Shown in pieces: positions 1-8,934 of a stretch of DNA of 56,483 nucleotides. The translations under genes and the position numbers were made by a program. Origin of the DNA: Patescibacteria group bacterium (GTDB taxonomy: Bacteria; Patescibacteriota; Microgenomatia; UBA1400; PJMF01); contig JAHDXH010000005.1 in the NCBI GenBank assembly GCA_023382875.1, positions 1 to 56,483 of the forward strand. Direction: 5' to 3'. The notes beneath the pieces were generated by a model. It made no database searches. It worked only from the letters and a program-made list of their open reading frames with translations, and had not been told where the DNA came from. Position 1 is the stretch's first letter, and each line of letters starts with the position of its first letter.

Positions 1-181
1 CACTTTCAGAAATAATTTCGACCGCATCGAAACTGTCACCCAATACTGATTTAAGCTCTTCAATCAAATCTCTGAAATATTGACTCGATGGAATTGTCAG
101 ACCATTTTCGACGGACCAGTTTTTTAATAATAAATTAGTATCAGCAGATACTAAATAAGGTTTAATAAATTGTTCTTTCAT
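1..181 (-). CDS. 5' part of a hypothetical protein (runs off the window edge)
   Basis: ATG at 181 opens MKEQFIKPYLVSADTNLLLKNWSVENGLTIPSSQYFRDLIEELKSVLGDSFDAVEIISES with no stop before position 1; not in the ORF track. Confidence 0.75.
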   Translation of the reverse strand, partial: MKEQFIKPYLVSADTNLLLKNWSVENGLTIPSSQYFRDLIEELKSVLGDSFDAVEIISES

Positions 182-225
182 TTTATTTTTTATGTCGCGA
201 AATCAGCCATTTTTGGTACAGGTAC

Positions 226-251
226 AAAAAACCCGCTTCTTCAGCGGGGTG
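226..251 (-). terminator. intrinsic terminator (attenuator 3:4 hairpin)
   Basis: minus strand CCCGCT-GAAGA-AGCGGG followed by TTTTTT, about 45 nt upstream of the ATG at 181. Confidence 0.8.
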
Positions 252-278
252 TGACTGTCTTCGCTATAAAAAATAAAG

Positions 279-350
279 TTAAATCACCCCGCTGTCTGCG
301 TGGGTGTGATGAACAAAAGATAGTGATTTTTTTATTAAGTTAACTAACAT
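279..350 (-). promoter_or_regulatory. putative His-rich leader peptide of a transcription attenuator
   Basis: ATG...TAA encodes MLVNLIKKSLSFVHHTHADSGVI; its 3' end CAGCGGGGTG is the exact complement of the terminator 5' arm CACCCCGCTG. Confidence 0.7.
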
Positions 351-359
351 AAATTGGGG

Positions 360-433
<74 letters not shown>

Positions 434-464
434 ATGTTTTGCCACCGTTCTCGACAAAGAATTC

Positions 465-548
465 TGGTGCCCAGGAGAGGACTTGAACCTCCACAGCTTG
501 CGCTATACGCACCTCAAGCGTACGTGTATACCATTTCACCACCTGGGC
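465..548 (-). tRNA. tRNA-Leu(GAG)
   Basis: GCCCAGG/CCTGGGC acceptor, TACGC-TTGAGGT-GCGTA anticodon arm, long variable arm, CCA end. Confidence 0.95.
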
Positions 549-595
549 TTAGAACTAATATTTTACCACGCTCGGGGAAAATCGTCTTTGGGATT

Positions 596-1522
596 TTATT
601 TATAGTTGGCAGTAAAGGCTTGCAAGGTCTTAGCCGAATTATAAAGCTTTACCACTTCTTCTTCGGAAAGTTTGGCCATTAAAATTCTCTCAACACCTTC
701 TCGACCCAAAACACAGGGTACTGATAAAGCAACATTACTCAAACCATAATAATCATTCAAAGGAACTGACAATGGCAAAACCGTTTCTTCATCGCGCAAA
801 ACCCCATTCATAATTTCAACAATCGCAGCGGCGATGGCGTAATAGGTAGCACCTTTGGCATCAATAATTTTATAGGCAGCATTTTTAGCTTGAGAATAAG
901 CTTCATTAGCAAACTCCATCGAGAAATTTTTGAGCTCAGTAATATTTTGACCACCCACAGATGCAGAGGAGATAACTGGGAATGAACTATCGCCATGCTC
1001 ACCTAAAATGTAGGCGTGAATACTGCCAGGATTAACTTTAAGCTTCTCTGACAAATGACTTCTAAAACGAGCTGTATCAAGAATTGTGCCCGAACCAAAA
1101 ATCTGGCCAGGGGTAACTTTGACCACTTGGTTTGCTCTATAAGTCAAAATATCAACCGGATTGGAAACAATACACACCACTGCGTCTGGAGCAGCTTTCA
1201 TGATCTTGGGCATGGCGTCTTCAATAATATCAACGTTTTTCTTGACCAACTCCAGTCGGGTTTCACCAGGCTTTTGCGCCACACCGGCGGTCATCACAAT
1301 AAACTGACAACCCTCGAGGTCTTTATAACTATCTGTTGGAATTATTCTGGCTGACTGTAAAAAGGGGAGAGCGTGCTCGAGGTCAAGAGCTTCACCTTCG
1401 GCTCGCTTTTTATCCCTCGAAAACAAAACTAATTCGTTCGGAGTTCCATCAATCAGCATCGCAAACGCTGCCGTCACACCAACGTGACCACAACCAATAA
1501 CACCGACTTTAATAGAACTCAT
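596..1522 (-). CDS. ldh: L-lactate dehydrogenase
   Basis: GxGxVG Rossmann motif, AGVAQKPGETRL loop (Gln specificity residue), DTARFR, GEHGDS; start placed at MSSIK after an AAGGA RBS. Confidence 0.92.
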   Translation of the reverse strand: MSSIKVGVIGCGHVGVTAAFAMLIDGTPNELVLFSRDKKRAEGEALDLEHALPFLQSARIIPTDSYKDLEGCQFIVMTAGVAQKPGETRLELVKKNVDIIEDAMPKIMKAAPDAVVCIVSNPVDILTYRANQVVKVTPGQIFGSGTILDTARFRSHLSEKLKVNPGSIHAYILGEHGDSSFPVISSASVGGQNITELKNFSMEFANEAYSQAKNAAYKIIDAKGATYYAIAAAIVEIMNGVLRDEETVLPLSVPLNDYYGLSNVALSVPCVLGREGVERILMAKLSEEEVVKLYNSAKTLQAFTANYK

Positions 1523-1620
1523 ACTTTCCTTACTTAGTTTGTACAAGTCAAATATAGCAATTTTTCGGGATGATTGTCGATTGGAAAGCCGAGTAAAGGA
1601 TGTTATAATTTCTCTCTCAA

Positions 1621-1696
1621 GCCAAGCTAGCCAAGTTGGTCACGGCGCATGTCTGAAGAACATGAAATTGAGGTTCGATTCCTCAGCTTGGCACCA
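1621..1696 (+). tRNA. tRNA-Phe(GAA)
   Basis: GCCAAGC/GCTTGGC acceptor, CATGT-CTGAAGA-ACATG, CCA end; TGTTATAAT promoter upstream. Confidence 0.93.
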
Positions 1697-1709
1697 ACAA
1701 AGAAAAAGG

Positions 1710-1868
1710 TTATTTACCAATAAAGGTCATAATCAGGTGTTTAATAAGCTGAGCAATCGCTTTAACACCTTCTGACCCGTAAATAACAACTTGTTTTAAA
1801 ATCGCTTCAATACCTTTACCGGTACTGGAATTAAAATCTGTTTGTTTGATCGAATACGGATTTGACAT
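1710..1868 (-). CDS. 52-aa hypothetical small protein
   Basis: MSNPYSIKQTDFNSSTGKGIEAILKQVVIYGSEGVKAIAQLIKHLIMTFIGK fills the gap between two tRNAs; TATAAT lies 11 nt upstream; below the ORF-track cutoff. Confidence 0.55.
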   Translation of the reverse strand: MSNPYSIKQTDFNSSTGKGIEAILKQVVIYGSEGVKAIAQLIKHLIMTFIGK

Positions 1869-1920
1869 AATTAGGAGTGATTATAAAATATAAGAGTCAA
1901 TTAACATAGTATAGATAAAT

Positions 1921-1993
1921 GCGAGAATAGCTCAGTTGGTAGAGCGCCTCCTTGCCAAGGAGGAGGTCGCGGGTTCGAGCCCCGTTTCTCGCT
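1921..1993 (+). tRNA. tRNA-Gly(GCC)
   Basis: GCGAGAA/TTCTCGC acceptor, CCTCC-TTGCCAA-GGAGG anticodon arm. Confidence 0.95.
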
Positions 1994-2001
1994 CATTTTT
2001 T

Positions 2002-2613
2002 TTATCTATTATCTAAGCTATACCACAATGCCAGGCAAGCATAAGAACGGTATGGCGACCAAGTTTCCACTTTTTTAGCTAAAGTTTCTTTTTCCAAGAT
2101 TTCTGGACCATAAATTTTGATCATGGCGTTTTTCAAACCGAGATCACCAGGAGAGAAAACGTCATTTCTGCCCATGGTAAAAATCAAAAACATCTCAGCA
2201 GTCCAGCGACCAATACCTTTAACCTTGACCAAATCAGCCACAATTTCTTCATCGCTCAAAGTTGGAAAAGCTTCAAAATTAACCTCGCGATTCATCACCG
2301 CTGCAGCCAAAGCTCGAATATAGCGAGCTTTAGCCCAGGAAGTGCCGATTTCACGATAAACCGATTCTTCTTTAGCCAAAACCAAGTTGGGAGTAGGGGA
2401 GCGCTCGGGAAATAAATCAAGGAATCGACCAATGATCGCATCAGCAGCTTTCATACCTAGCTGTTGAGCGACGATATCTTGGCAAAGTTTGGCGAAATAA
2501 GTTTGCGGATCGGTATTGGCAACTAAAATTCGCTCCGGCATTTTTTCCAAAAAAGGAAATAAAACCGGATCGGCTTGGCGAAAATGAGTCAGGATATCAG
2601 CGTATTTGGTCAT
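2002..2613 (-). CDS. DNA-3-methyladenine glycosylase 2 family (AlkA/HhH-GPD)
   Basis: IVAQQL, HhH motif [27 protein letters not shown]. Confidence 0.9.
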   Translation of the reverse strand: MTKYADILTHFRQADPVLFPFLEKMPERILVANTDPQTYFAKLCQDIVAQQLGMKAADAIIGRFLDLFPERSPTPNLVLAKEESVYREIGTSWAKARYIRALAAAVMNREVNFEAFPTLSDEEIVADLVKVKGIGRWTAEMFLIFTMGRNDVFSPGDLGLKNAMIKIYGPEILEKETLAKKVETWSPYRSYACLALWYSLDNR

Positions 2614-2633
2614 TACGGCCCATTATCGCACAC

Positions 2634-3356
2634 CTATTTTCCAAAAATACCGCGGTAACGATCGACGAGGGAAAACTTTTTATAAAAGGCCTCGACCACT
2701 AAATCCGTTGCGTCTTCAATGCTATAAAAAGCGGTATTCAAAACCATGTCGTAATAACTAGATTTTTTGATGTCGCGTTTGAAGTACTTTTTGACAAATT
2801 CAGCTCGGTCTTGTTCCACCTTCATCACTCTTTCTCTGGCTTCACTCGCGCTCAAACCTTCATACTTAACAGCCCGAATCTGGCGAATAGCCTTTGGAGC
2901 AGTGATGCGAACATGCAAACCTTTAGCTTTAGGGGTAATAAAGTTGGCTCCACGGCCTAAAATCACCACATGGCCTTTATAGGCATAAGCCAAAATTACT
3001 TTGCACAACTCAGAAATATATTTGTAATCACTTACATAATCCTTGTTGAGGTGGGAGTGGACCAAATCTTCAATCGAAGTACGGGCTTTTTCATCGATGG
3101 TTTCGATAATTTTGTTGCGCATTTTGGTCGACTGAGCAATTTCTTCGATAATCTGATGATCGACATATTCATAATTCAATTTTTTGGCGACTCTTTGGCC
3201 GATCAAAGCCCCACCACTTCCCGGCTCACGAGCCAAAGTGATAAATGGAGCAGTAAACAAACCTTCGGGAACAGACGAATTAGCAAATGTTGCACTCTTA
3301 CGAATACCAGCCAAATTGATCATTTTATTGATAAAGGGGTAGTAATGGAGTGACAT
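2634..3356 (-). CDS. cytidylate kinase-like family protein
   Basis: ITLAREPGSGG P-loop variant, VILGRGANF, YDMVLNT. Confidence 0.85.
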   Translation of the reverse strand: MSLHYYPFINKMINLAGIRKSATFANSSVPEGLFTAPFITLAREPGSGGALIGQRVAKKLNYEYVDHQIIEEIAQSTKMRNKIIETIDEKARTSIEDLVHSHLNKDYVSDYKYISELCKVILAYAYKGHVVILGRGANFITPKAKGLHVRITAPKAIRQIRAVKYEGLSASEARERVMKVEQDRAEFVKKYFKRDIKKSSYYDMVLNTAFYSIEDATDLVVEAFYKKFSLVDRYRGIFGK

Positions 3357-3421
3357 ACTTTACTATAGCTTGATCAAGATAAAATGACCATGCTTATGCA
3401 ATATGTATGATGAAGTATGAC

Positions 3422-3504
3422 AAATAATAGCCATCATCTTTCTCAAATGATTGGTGATTCATTCCTTCATCAACATCATTTTCGAAAAACGATGGCTATT
3501 ATTT
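3422..3504 (-). repeat. GA-mismatch hairpin element, copy A
   Basis: long imperfect inverted repeat with apex TGAT-GAAGGAATGA-ATCA; same architecture as 22312-22388 and 49020-49094. Confidence 0.8.
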
Positions 3505-3529
3505 ACTAAATTAATCTCCAAATTCTGCC

Positions 3530-4138
3530 TTATCCCTGTTCAAACTTTTCTGGATATAGCTGTCTTAGTGAAACAGAATTGGCATCTCTTTCGGAGATTA
3601 TAAGTTGTTCGTGACTAATTGGCCACTCGATATTCAAGTCAGTATCAAAAAGATTAATCGCTTTATCGCCAGCTTTATCACGATTAGCATAAAGTTCATC
3701 AACCAAATAAACATAATCAGCTGGACCTTCCAAAACCACAAAGCCGTTAGCGATACCCTGAGAAACAAATAAAGCGCCAGCCAAAGCCCCTTCACCACTG
3801 CCCAGCAAAAATTTGACGTGCTGACCAAAAGTGGGTGACTCGGGACGAATATCCACTAAAACACTCATCACTTTACCAGTTACCACCGTTATTAGCTTAT
3901 CCCAAGCTTCAGCGTGGAAACCACGAATGACATTAGTTTCTGAATGAGATAAGTTGACCTGCTTTGCCACAAAAGCTCGACCAGTTATTGCCTCCACCTC
4001 TGGAATTCTAGCGATTTCGGCATAAAAACCCCGGTGGTCAGCAAAAGCGTGGTGTGGCAAAAAATATAAACCCTCAAGCGGTGTTTTATAAACATCTTCA
4101 GCAATTTTAAGCTCTGGGGTGGGTTGGTAGGTCTGCAT
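3530..4138 (-). CDS. rfbC: dTDP-4-dehydrorhamnose 3,5-epimerase family
   Basis: DHRGFY, QVNLSHS, RGFH, VDIRPESPTFG, IEWP...S.RD cupin motifs. Confidence 0.85.
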   Translation of the reverse strand: MQTYQPTPELKIAEDVYKTPLEGLYFLPHHAFADHRGFYAEIARIPEVEAITGRAFVAKQVNLSHSETNVIRGFHAEAWDKLITVVTGKVMSVLVDIRPESPTFGQHVKFLLGSGEGALAGALFVSQGIANGFVVLEGPADYVYLVDELYANRDKAGDKAINLFDTDLNIEWPISHEQLIISERDANSVSLRQLYPEKFEQG

Positions 4139-4165
4139 ATATACGAGTATTCTATAATATAGGCA

Positions 4166-4948
4166 ATGATTATCAAAAACTCAAATCAAAGACATCAATA
4201 TTTTGAAGCTTGTCGCATCTCAGTTGAGATTTTAAAACAACTTTACGACCAAGTAGCTATTGGCGTTGTACCGATCGAAATCGACCAATTAGCAGGGAAA
4301 CTTTGTGAAAAATATGGTGTCAAACCAGCCTTTTATGCCGTCCAAGGCAAAAAGGGTATTTATGGTTATAACACCTGCATTCAGGTTAATGATGTGGCGG
4401 TGCACGGCATTCCTGATTCTGTTAATCCCATCAAGTCTGGCGACTTGGTTAGCATCGACTTTGGCATTATTTATGAGGGTCTTTATACCGACCACTGCGT
4501 AACGGTTGGTGTGGGTGAAGTTAGTGAGGCAGATAAAAAACTTTTGCGAGTGGGTCGAGAATCTGTTTTAAACGCTACCAAACAAGCTGTTACTGGCAAT
4601 CACACTGGCGATTTGGGCTATGTCATGGAATCACAAGCTCGCCAAGCAGGCTTTGATACGCTCAAGGAGTACATTGGCCATGGTATTGGCACTGGACTTC
4701 ATGATGAACCAGAAATCCCAGCCTACGGCCAACCACACACTGGCGATCCACTACACAGAGGTGAAGTCATTTGCGTTGAATCCCAAGTGGTAGCTGGTCA
4801 ACCAAAGGTTAAAACTGACGCCGATGGTTGGACAACTAGAACCAGAGATGGCGAAAATGCGGTGATGTTTGAGTTTATGGTCATGGTCGACAATACCAAA
4901 GGTATTATCATGACTCCCACCCAAGATTGGCCACTAATTAAAAAATAA
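4166..4948 (+). CDS. map: methionine aminopeptidase type I
   Basis: VHGIP, GDLVSIDFG, D..T, GHGIG..LHDEP, E metal ligands. Confidence 0.92.
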   Translation: MIIKNSNQRHQYFEACRISVEILKQLYDQVAIGVVPIEIDQLAGKLCEKYGVKPAFYAVQGKKGIYGYNTCIQVNDVAVHGIPDSVNPIKSGDLVSIDFGIIYEGLYTDHCVTVGVGEVSEADKKLLRVGRESVLNATKQAVTGNHTGDLGYVMESQARQAGFDTLKEYIGHGIGTGLHDEPEIPAYGQPHTGDPLHRGEVICVESQVVAGQPKVKTDADGWTTRTRDGENAVMFEFMVMVDNTKGIIMTPTQDWPLIKK

Positions 4949-4961
4949 GTTCAAAAGCAAG

Positions 4962-5288
4962 TTAACTTTTATCTGCTTTTTCCTCTTCAACTTCCAATTT
5001 TTGGAATTGACCACGGCGGTAGAGCACACCGATCACGCCATAAACAGCCAAATCGATAAATGTCTCTTCAATAGTTTCATTAGCAGGTTCGCCGCCAGTC
5101 ATTAAAAGGTTTTTAAGACGTTCAGCTTTTTCACTAATACGAAAGGCCATGCCTAACTCTTTGCCAGACAAAATGTTGCCTTTACCGTAATCTTTATGCT
5201 TTTTAAGAAACATTTCCAAAAGCTCAGCATTAACGTTTTCAAATGCTTGGTCTAATGTTTTTGGGGTAACGATCTTTGTTTTTGACAT
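4962..5288 (-). CDS. DUF1599/nucleotide-modification-associated all-alpha domain protein
   Basis: KKHKDYG...K.ERL..L...ET..D.AVY pattern typical of this family. Confidence 0.7.
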   Translation of the reverse strand: MSKTKIVTPKTLDQAFENVNAELLEMFLKKHKDYGKGNILSGKELGMAFRISEKAERLKNLLMTGGEPANETIEETFIDLAVYGVIGVLYRRGQFQKLEVEEEKADKS

Positions 5289-5316
5289 AAATATATATAA
5301 ACCGATCAGAATAAAG

Positions 5317-5344
5317 TTGACAAGTACAAAGTCCTTCGTAAAAT
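5317..5344 (+). promoter_or_regulatory. sigma70 promoter, leaderless transcript
   Basis: TTGACA-16 nt-TAAAAT, then 6 nt to ATG 5351. Confidence 0.7.
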
Positions 5345-5350
5345 ACTTCC

Positions 5351-5587
5351 ATGGTCGAAAAAAGAGAACGTAGATCGCCAGAATTTTATGTCTTAATTGA
5401 GTACGAAGCTCGATGTGAGTGCTGTGGTTTTGAGATTGCTGACGATCTTCAAGATGCCAATGAAAGAGATGGTATGGCCAATGTGCGCGCTATTTGTGAG
5501 GGCTGGCATTTCACCACCAACCGCATTGCTAATCACAACTGTAATGGCACCTTAACCATCATGACCAAAACTACTTATTGGGTTTAA
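5351..5587 (+). CDS. small putative zinc-binding protein
   Basis: CECC...WH...HNC ligand set; strong promoter directly upstream. Confidence 0.65.
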   Translation: MVEKRERRSPEFYVLIEYEARCECCGFEIADDLQDANERDGMANVRAICEGWHFTTNRIANHNCNGTLTIMTKTTYWV

Positions 5588-5600
5588 CTTTTTGAAAATG

Positions 5601-7106
5601 TTACTGGCCGCACTGATTTTTGAATTCCACCACAAATAAAGTGTAATCGACAATATTTACTTGGCCATCATCATTAAGGTCACTAACTTTTTGATTATTA
5701 TTTGCTGATCCAGCCAAAAGCTCAGAAACTAAGATTGTATAGTCAGCCAGATTGACTTTGCCGTCTTGATTGAAATCAGCTCGGCAAGCTGGCGCTGGCG
5801 TGGTAGAAGGTGTTGCTGACGGAGTTACTGATGGGGTTGCGTTAACAACGTTAGAAGATTTTTCCAAAGTAAAAACCTGCACTCCTGATTTTGCCACCAC
5901 ACCGCTCATATAATTATCGTTTCCAACTTTTTCCACCACTAAACTCTGACCGTAACGATCATCGTTGGCAAACAAAGGCTTAAAAGTACTCATGTCAAAG
6001 CCACTCGGCAATTTAATCTGATTTTTAGTTTCAAGATCAGATTGTGAGTTGGTATTTAGCACAATAATGAAAGCTTTGTCGCCATGAACAAAAGTGGCTA
6101 CATGCAAACGTGGTTTACCAAACACACCAGGAGTGGTGTCTTGATATGTATACTCACCATTCAAAATTGCCTCCACCAATTCACCATTAATGTCCTGTCT
6201 CAACTTTTTCCATTCAGTCCATAATTCTGTCTTGGTAGATAGATCGCCACTTTCCTCCCAGTATGAATAAGCCAAAATACCTTCCAATCTTGTAACTACT
6301 GCCGCCCAAGTCATGTTGCGAGTTTCCACTGGGTTTGGATAACGTTCACCACCCCAAGCAAATGCCTGCAAATTAGCAAAGACAGCTTTATTGGCTGGCG
6401 CTTGCTCGCGGGCATATTTTAAGTAGGCAAAATTTTCTTCCAATGGGGCATTAGCAAATGATTCATCATTGTTACCAATCGGATATGTTTGAGTGCCCAT
6501 AATATCCATTGCCTCATGATATTCGCCGAAAAGATATTTAGCCGACTGGCCAGATTTAAAAGGATAACCGCCCCCAGACCCATAAATAATTTGGGTGGCA
6601 CCATTGGCTTTGGCTGAATTTCTAACCACATCTGCTTCTTGCTTGGCTTGATCAGGATTAATGCGTGGATTAGAGTAGGGGACATTAAAATCATCCAACA
6701 CATTCCAGCCGATTAAGGTGAGCTCATCTTTGAACACCTGTGTCCATTTATCCAAACTAGGTTTGTAATAAGACGCAATAATGGTCATACCATATTTTTG
6801 CGCCTCCGCTCTGGCTTCCTGTGTACTTTTTTCTGCATCTGGACCAGTAATCACCAACTGCAAAATATTAAAGCCGGCTTCACCCATTTTTTTAACATCT
6901 TCAACCATACCTGCCCCGTAACGATTCTTAACATCAGAAACATGATAAAAACCAAAGGGATAAAAAGCCTGCCCATCTTTTTGCACCACGCCATCGTTTC
7001 TGATGGTGATAATCGGATTTGCAGCTCGAATTGATTTAGTGGAAACAAAAAAACCAGTTACTAAAAGAAGCAACAGCAGTGATTTAAAAAAGACTGCCTG
7101 TTTCAT
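5601..7106 (-). CDS. secreted glycoside-hydrolase-like protein with C-terminal dockerin
   Basis: signal peptide; FYPFGFYH/WNVLDD/YPI TIM-barrel-like region; Pro/Thr linker; duplicated DFNQDGKVNLADY / DLNDDGQVNIVDY Ca-binding loops. Confidence 0.75.
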   Translation of the reverse strand: MKQAVFFKSLLLLLLVTGFFVSTKSIRAANPIITIRNDGVVQKDGQAFYPFGFYHVSDVKNRYGAGMVEDVKKMGEAGFNILQLVITGPDAEKSTQEARAEAQKYGMTIIASYYKPSLDKWTQVFKDELTLIGWNVLDDFNVPYSNPRINPDQAKQEADVVRNSAKANGATQIIYGSGGGYPFKSGQSAKYLFGEYHEAMDIMGTQTYPIGNNDESFANAPLEENFAYLKYAREQAPANKAVFANLQAFAWGGERYPNPVETRNMTWAAVVTRLEGILAYSYWEESGDLSTKTELWTEWKKLRQDINGELVEAILNGEYTYQDTTPGVFGKPRLHVATFVHGDKAFIIVLNTNSQSDLETKNQIKLPSGFDMSTFKPLFANDDRYGQSLVVEKVGNDNYMSGVVAKSGVQVFTLEKSSNVVNATPSVTPSATPSTTPAPACRADFNQDGKVNLADYTILVSELLAGSANNNQKVSDLNDDGQVNIVDYTLFVVEFKNQCGQ

Positions 7107-7123
7107 AGAACAAGTAAATTTAA

Positions 7124-7558
7124 TTAACTAGCCAAAATTCCTTCAGCCCAAGTGGCGGCCTCGTTGACTCGGTCATCATCAATAAAACCATCGACTTTAT
7201 GTGGAGTACCAATCAAAGTAGCACCAAGTTCACGCAATTTAGCTTCAACTTTTTCTACAGCACCACAATAATGGATGTAACTAGTATCGCCAAGACCAAT
7301 CAAAGCAAAACGTCGACCCTCCACACCACTCAATTGATCCAAAAATTCTTCACATACCAAATTCATATTACCCTCATCCCAAGTTGAGGTAACAAAAATT
7401 ACCAAATCAAAATCTGCAAAATTTTCTCCTTTAGAGTTATCTGCATCTTTGACTTCAAATTGATGATCTGGATGAGCGGCAGCCATTTTTTCACTGAGTT
7501 GTTCGGATAACATGGCTGAGTTGCCACTCAAAGTTGCATAAAGGAATAAAATTTTCAT
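7124..7558 (-). CDS. flavodoxin
   Basis: YATLSGNS FMN motif, TSTWDEG, GLGDTSY..YCGA. Confidence 0.9.
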   Translation of the reverse strand: MKILFLYATLSGNSAMLSEQLSEKMAAAHPDHQFEVKDADNSKGENFADFDLVIFVTSTWDEGNMNLVCEEFLDQLSGVEGRRFALIGLGDTSYIHYCGAVEKVEAKLRELGATLIGTPHKVDGFIDDDRVNEAATWAEGILAS

Positions 7559-7698
7559 AATCCTATGGTACTGGAAACAGGACTTTTTGCAACTTATTAA
7601 CTTAAATAAGTAACTAATACATATTATGTGCTTGTTAAGCTTAATACGTAAAGATATGATTACCGACGTTGTTCGCTCTTACTAGGAGATCATTGAAA

Positions 7699-7890
7699 AT
7701 GCACTACGTAACTTACGGCGAGAAAACTGGTTTTGAAAATCGCACTCGAGGTTTTATTGGTGGCAATGGAGCCGACTCGAAAGCGAAATCCCTAATCGCG
7801 CAGGGTCATAAAATAGTCAGAGTGATGATGGGAAACCAGCTAGCTTGGGCTTACAACAATGGTGAGATTCACTACTATTCCAGACGGTGA
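7699..7890 (+). CDS. hypothetical protein
   Basis: AGGAG RBS upstream of ATG 7699; 63 aa. Confidence 0.55.
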   Translation: MHYVTYGEKTGFENRTRGFIGGNGADSKAKSLIAQGHKIVRVMMGNQLAWAYNNGEIHYYSRR

Positions 7891-7994
7891 CTCACTAGCA
7901 AACCACTAACAGCGGCATCGCTCACCAGCATGTCCGCTGTTTTTATAACTTCTTTTGGAGTCAATTTAGCCTTGGGGTATAATATAGCAGTCAG

Positions 7995-8068
7995 GCACCA
8001 GTAGCTCAGCGGATTAGAGCGCCAGTCTTCGGAACTGGGCGTCGGGGGTTCGAGTCCCTCCTGGTGCA
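7995..8068 (+). tRNA. tRNA-Arg(TCG)
   Basis: GCACCAG/CTGGTGC acceptor, CCAGT-CTTCGGA-ACTGG anticodon arm. Confidence 0.93.
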
Positions 8069-8115
8069 CTTTTTTGTCTGGCCATGATAAAATTGCTCCT
8101 TCTAAAGACACAAAT

Positions 8116-8189
8116 GGGTCAGTAGCTCAGTCGGTTAGAGCACCTGCCTCTTAAGCAGGGTGTCGAGGGTTCGAGTCCCTCCTGACCCA
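8116..8189 (+). tRNA. tRNA-Lys(CTT)
   Basis: GGGTCAG/CTGACCC acceptor, CCTGC-CTCTTAA-GCAGG anticodon arm. Confidence 0.95.
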
Positions 8190-8258
8190 CATTTAATCTC
8201 AATCTCCCTCCTTCACCAATATTTTTTCAGCTGTTAAGATGTTTATGAGGTAAAAAAC

Positions 8259-8915
8259 ATGACCAACTACGATCACGGCTATAAACCTAGTTACATCGAA
8301 GGACCGAAAGGCCAGCTTCAAGAAACTCACTTTGACACTAGAGAAATGCTTGATGCGGTTCGCGACCATTTTGATATGCCCATGGCCAAATTTTTCACCT
8401 CTGGTTTACCAGAGAGGGGAGTACCAGCGCTTTCAGAATTAATTTTTGCCGCTTTTTCCAGAGAACCTGAGCGCTATATTGTCGAAGGCCACTTGGATGC
8501 CATAACTTTAATTGGTGACGTTTTACCAGATACTTTTAGAGTTGCTGCAGAAAATGAAGTTTTTGACCCAAAACTGGCCAAACGGATTTTTGATATCGCC
8601 GGTAGTGAAGGCATTGATACTGCTATTAGCTACGTCTTTAATGCTAAACCTTTTGGACCAGACACCACTAACGAAGGTGGCAAACTCAATGTCGACAATG
8701 ATCGTTTTAAAAACGATGGCTTAAACCACCCTGACACTGGCGAAAAGCTTTATAAAATCTGTCCCGGCTTTAGAGTTGCACAAGCCATCGAAAGACAGCT
8801 CGTCACTGCTTTTAGAAAAATTTTAATCCATCCAGAAGTTCAGGATTTAGATGTCACCTTACCCCCAGGTGTTTCCGTGGGCGACAGATGCAAAGACATC
8901 GTCCAATCTCTCTAA
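8259..8915 (+). CDS. hypothetical protein
   Basis: 218-aa ORF with GAGGT RBS; no family recognised. Confidence 0.75.
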   Translation: MTNYDHGYKPSYIEGPKGQLQETHFDTREMLDAVRDHFDMPMAKFFTSGLPERGVPALSELIFAAFSREPERYIVEGHLDAITLIGDVLPDTFRVAAENEVFDPKLAKRIFDIAGSEGIDTAISYVFNAKPFGPDTTNEGGKLNVDNDRFKNDGLNHPDTGEKLYKICPGFRVAQAIERQLVTAFRKILIHPEVQDLDVTLPPGVSVGDRCKDIVQSL

Positions 8916-8934
8916 ACTGAAGCTGTTTTTGAGC

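Noticed and set aside
3422-3504. hairpin copies as integron attC sites or a CRISPR array
   Set aside because: There are no RYYYAAC/GTTRRRY ends and no integrase or cas gene. The copies are 19-27 kb apart and not arrayed with spacers.
3417-3509. 30-aa His-containing ORF (MTNNSHHLSQ...) across hairpin copy A
   Set aside because: It lies on the opposite strand of the conserved hairpin, and no equivalent start/stop exists in copies B and C. Structure, not coding, explains the conservation.
7595-7650. AT-rich imperfect palindrome between flavodoxin and the 7699 gene
   Set aside because: Many mismatches and very low GC; expected by chance in a divergent promoter region.
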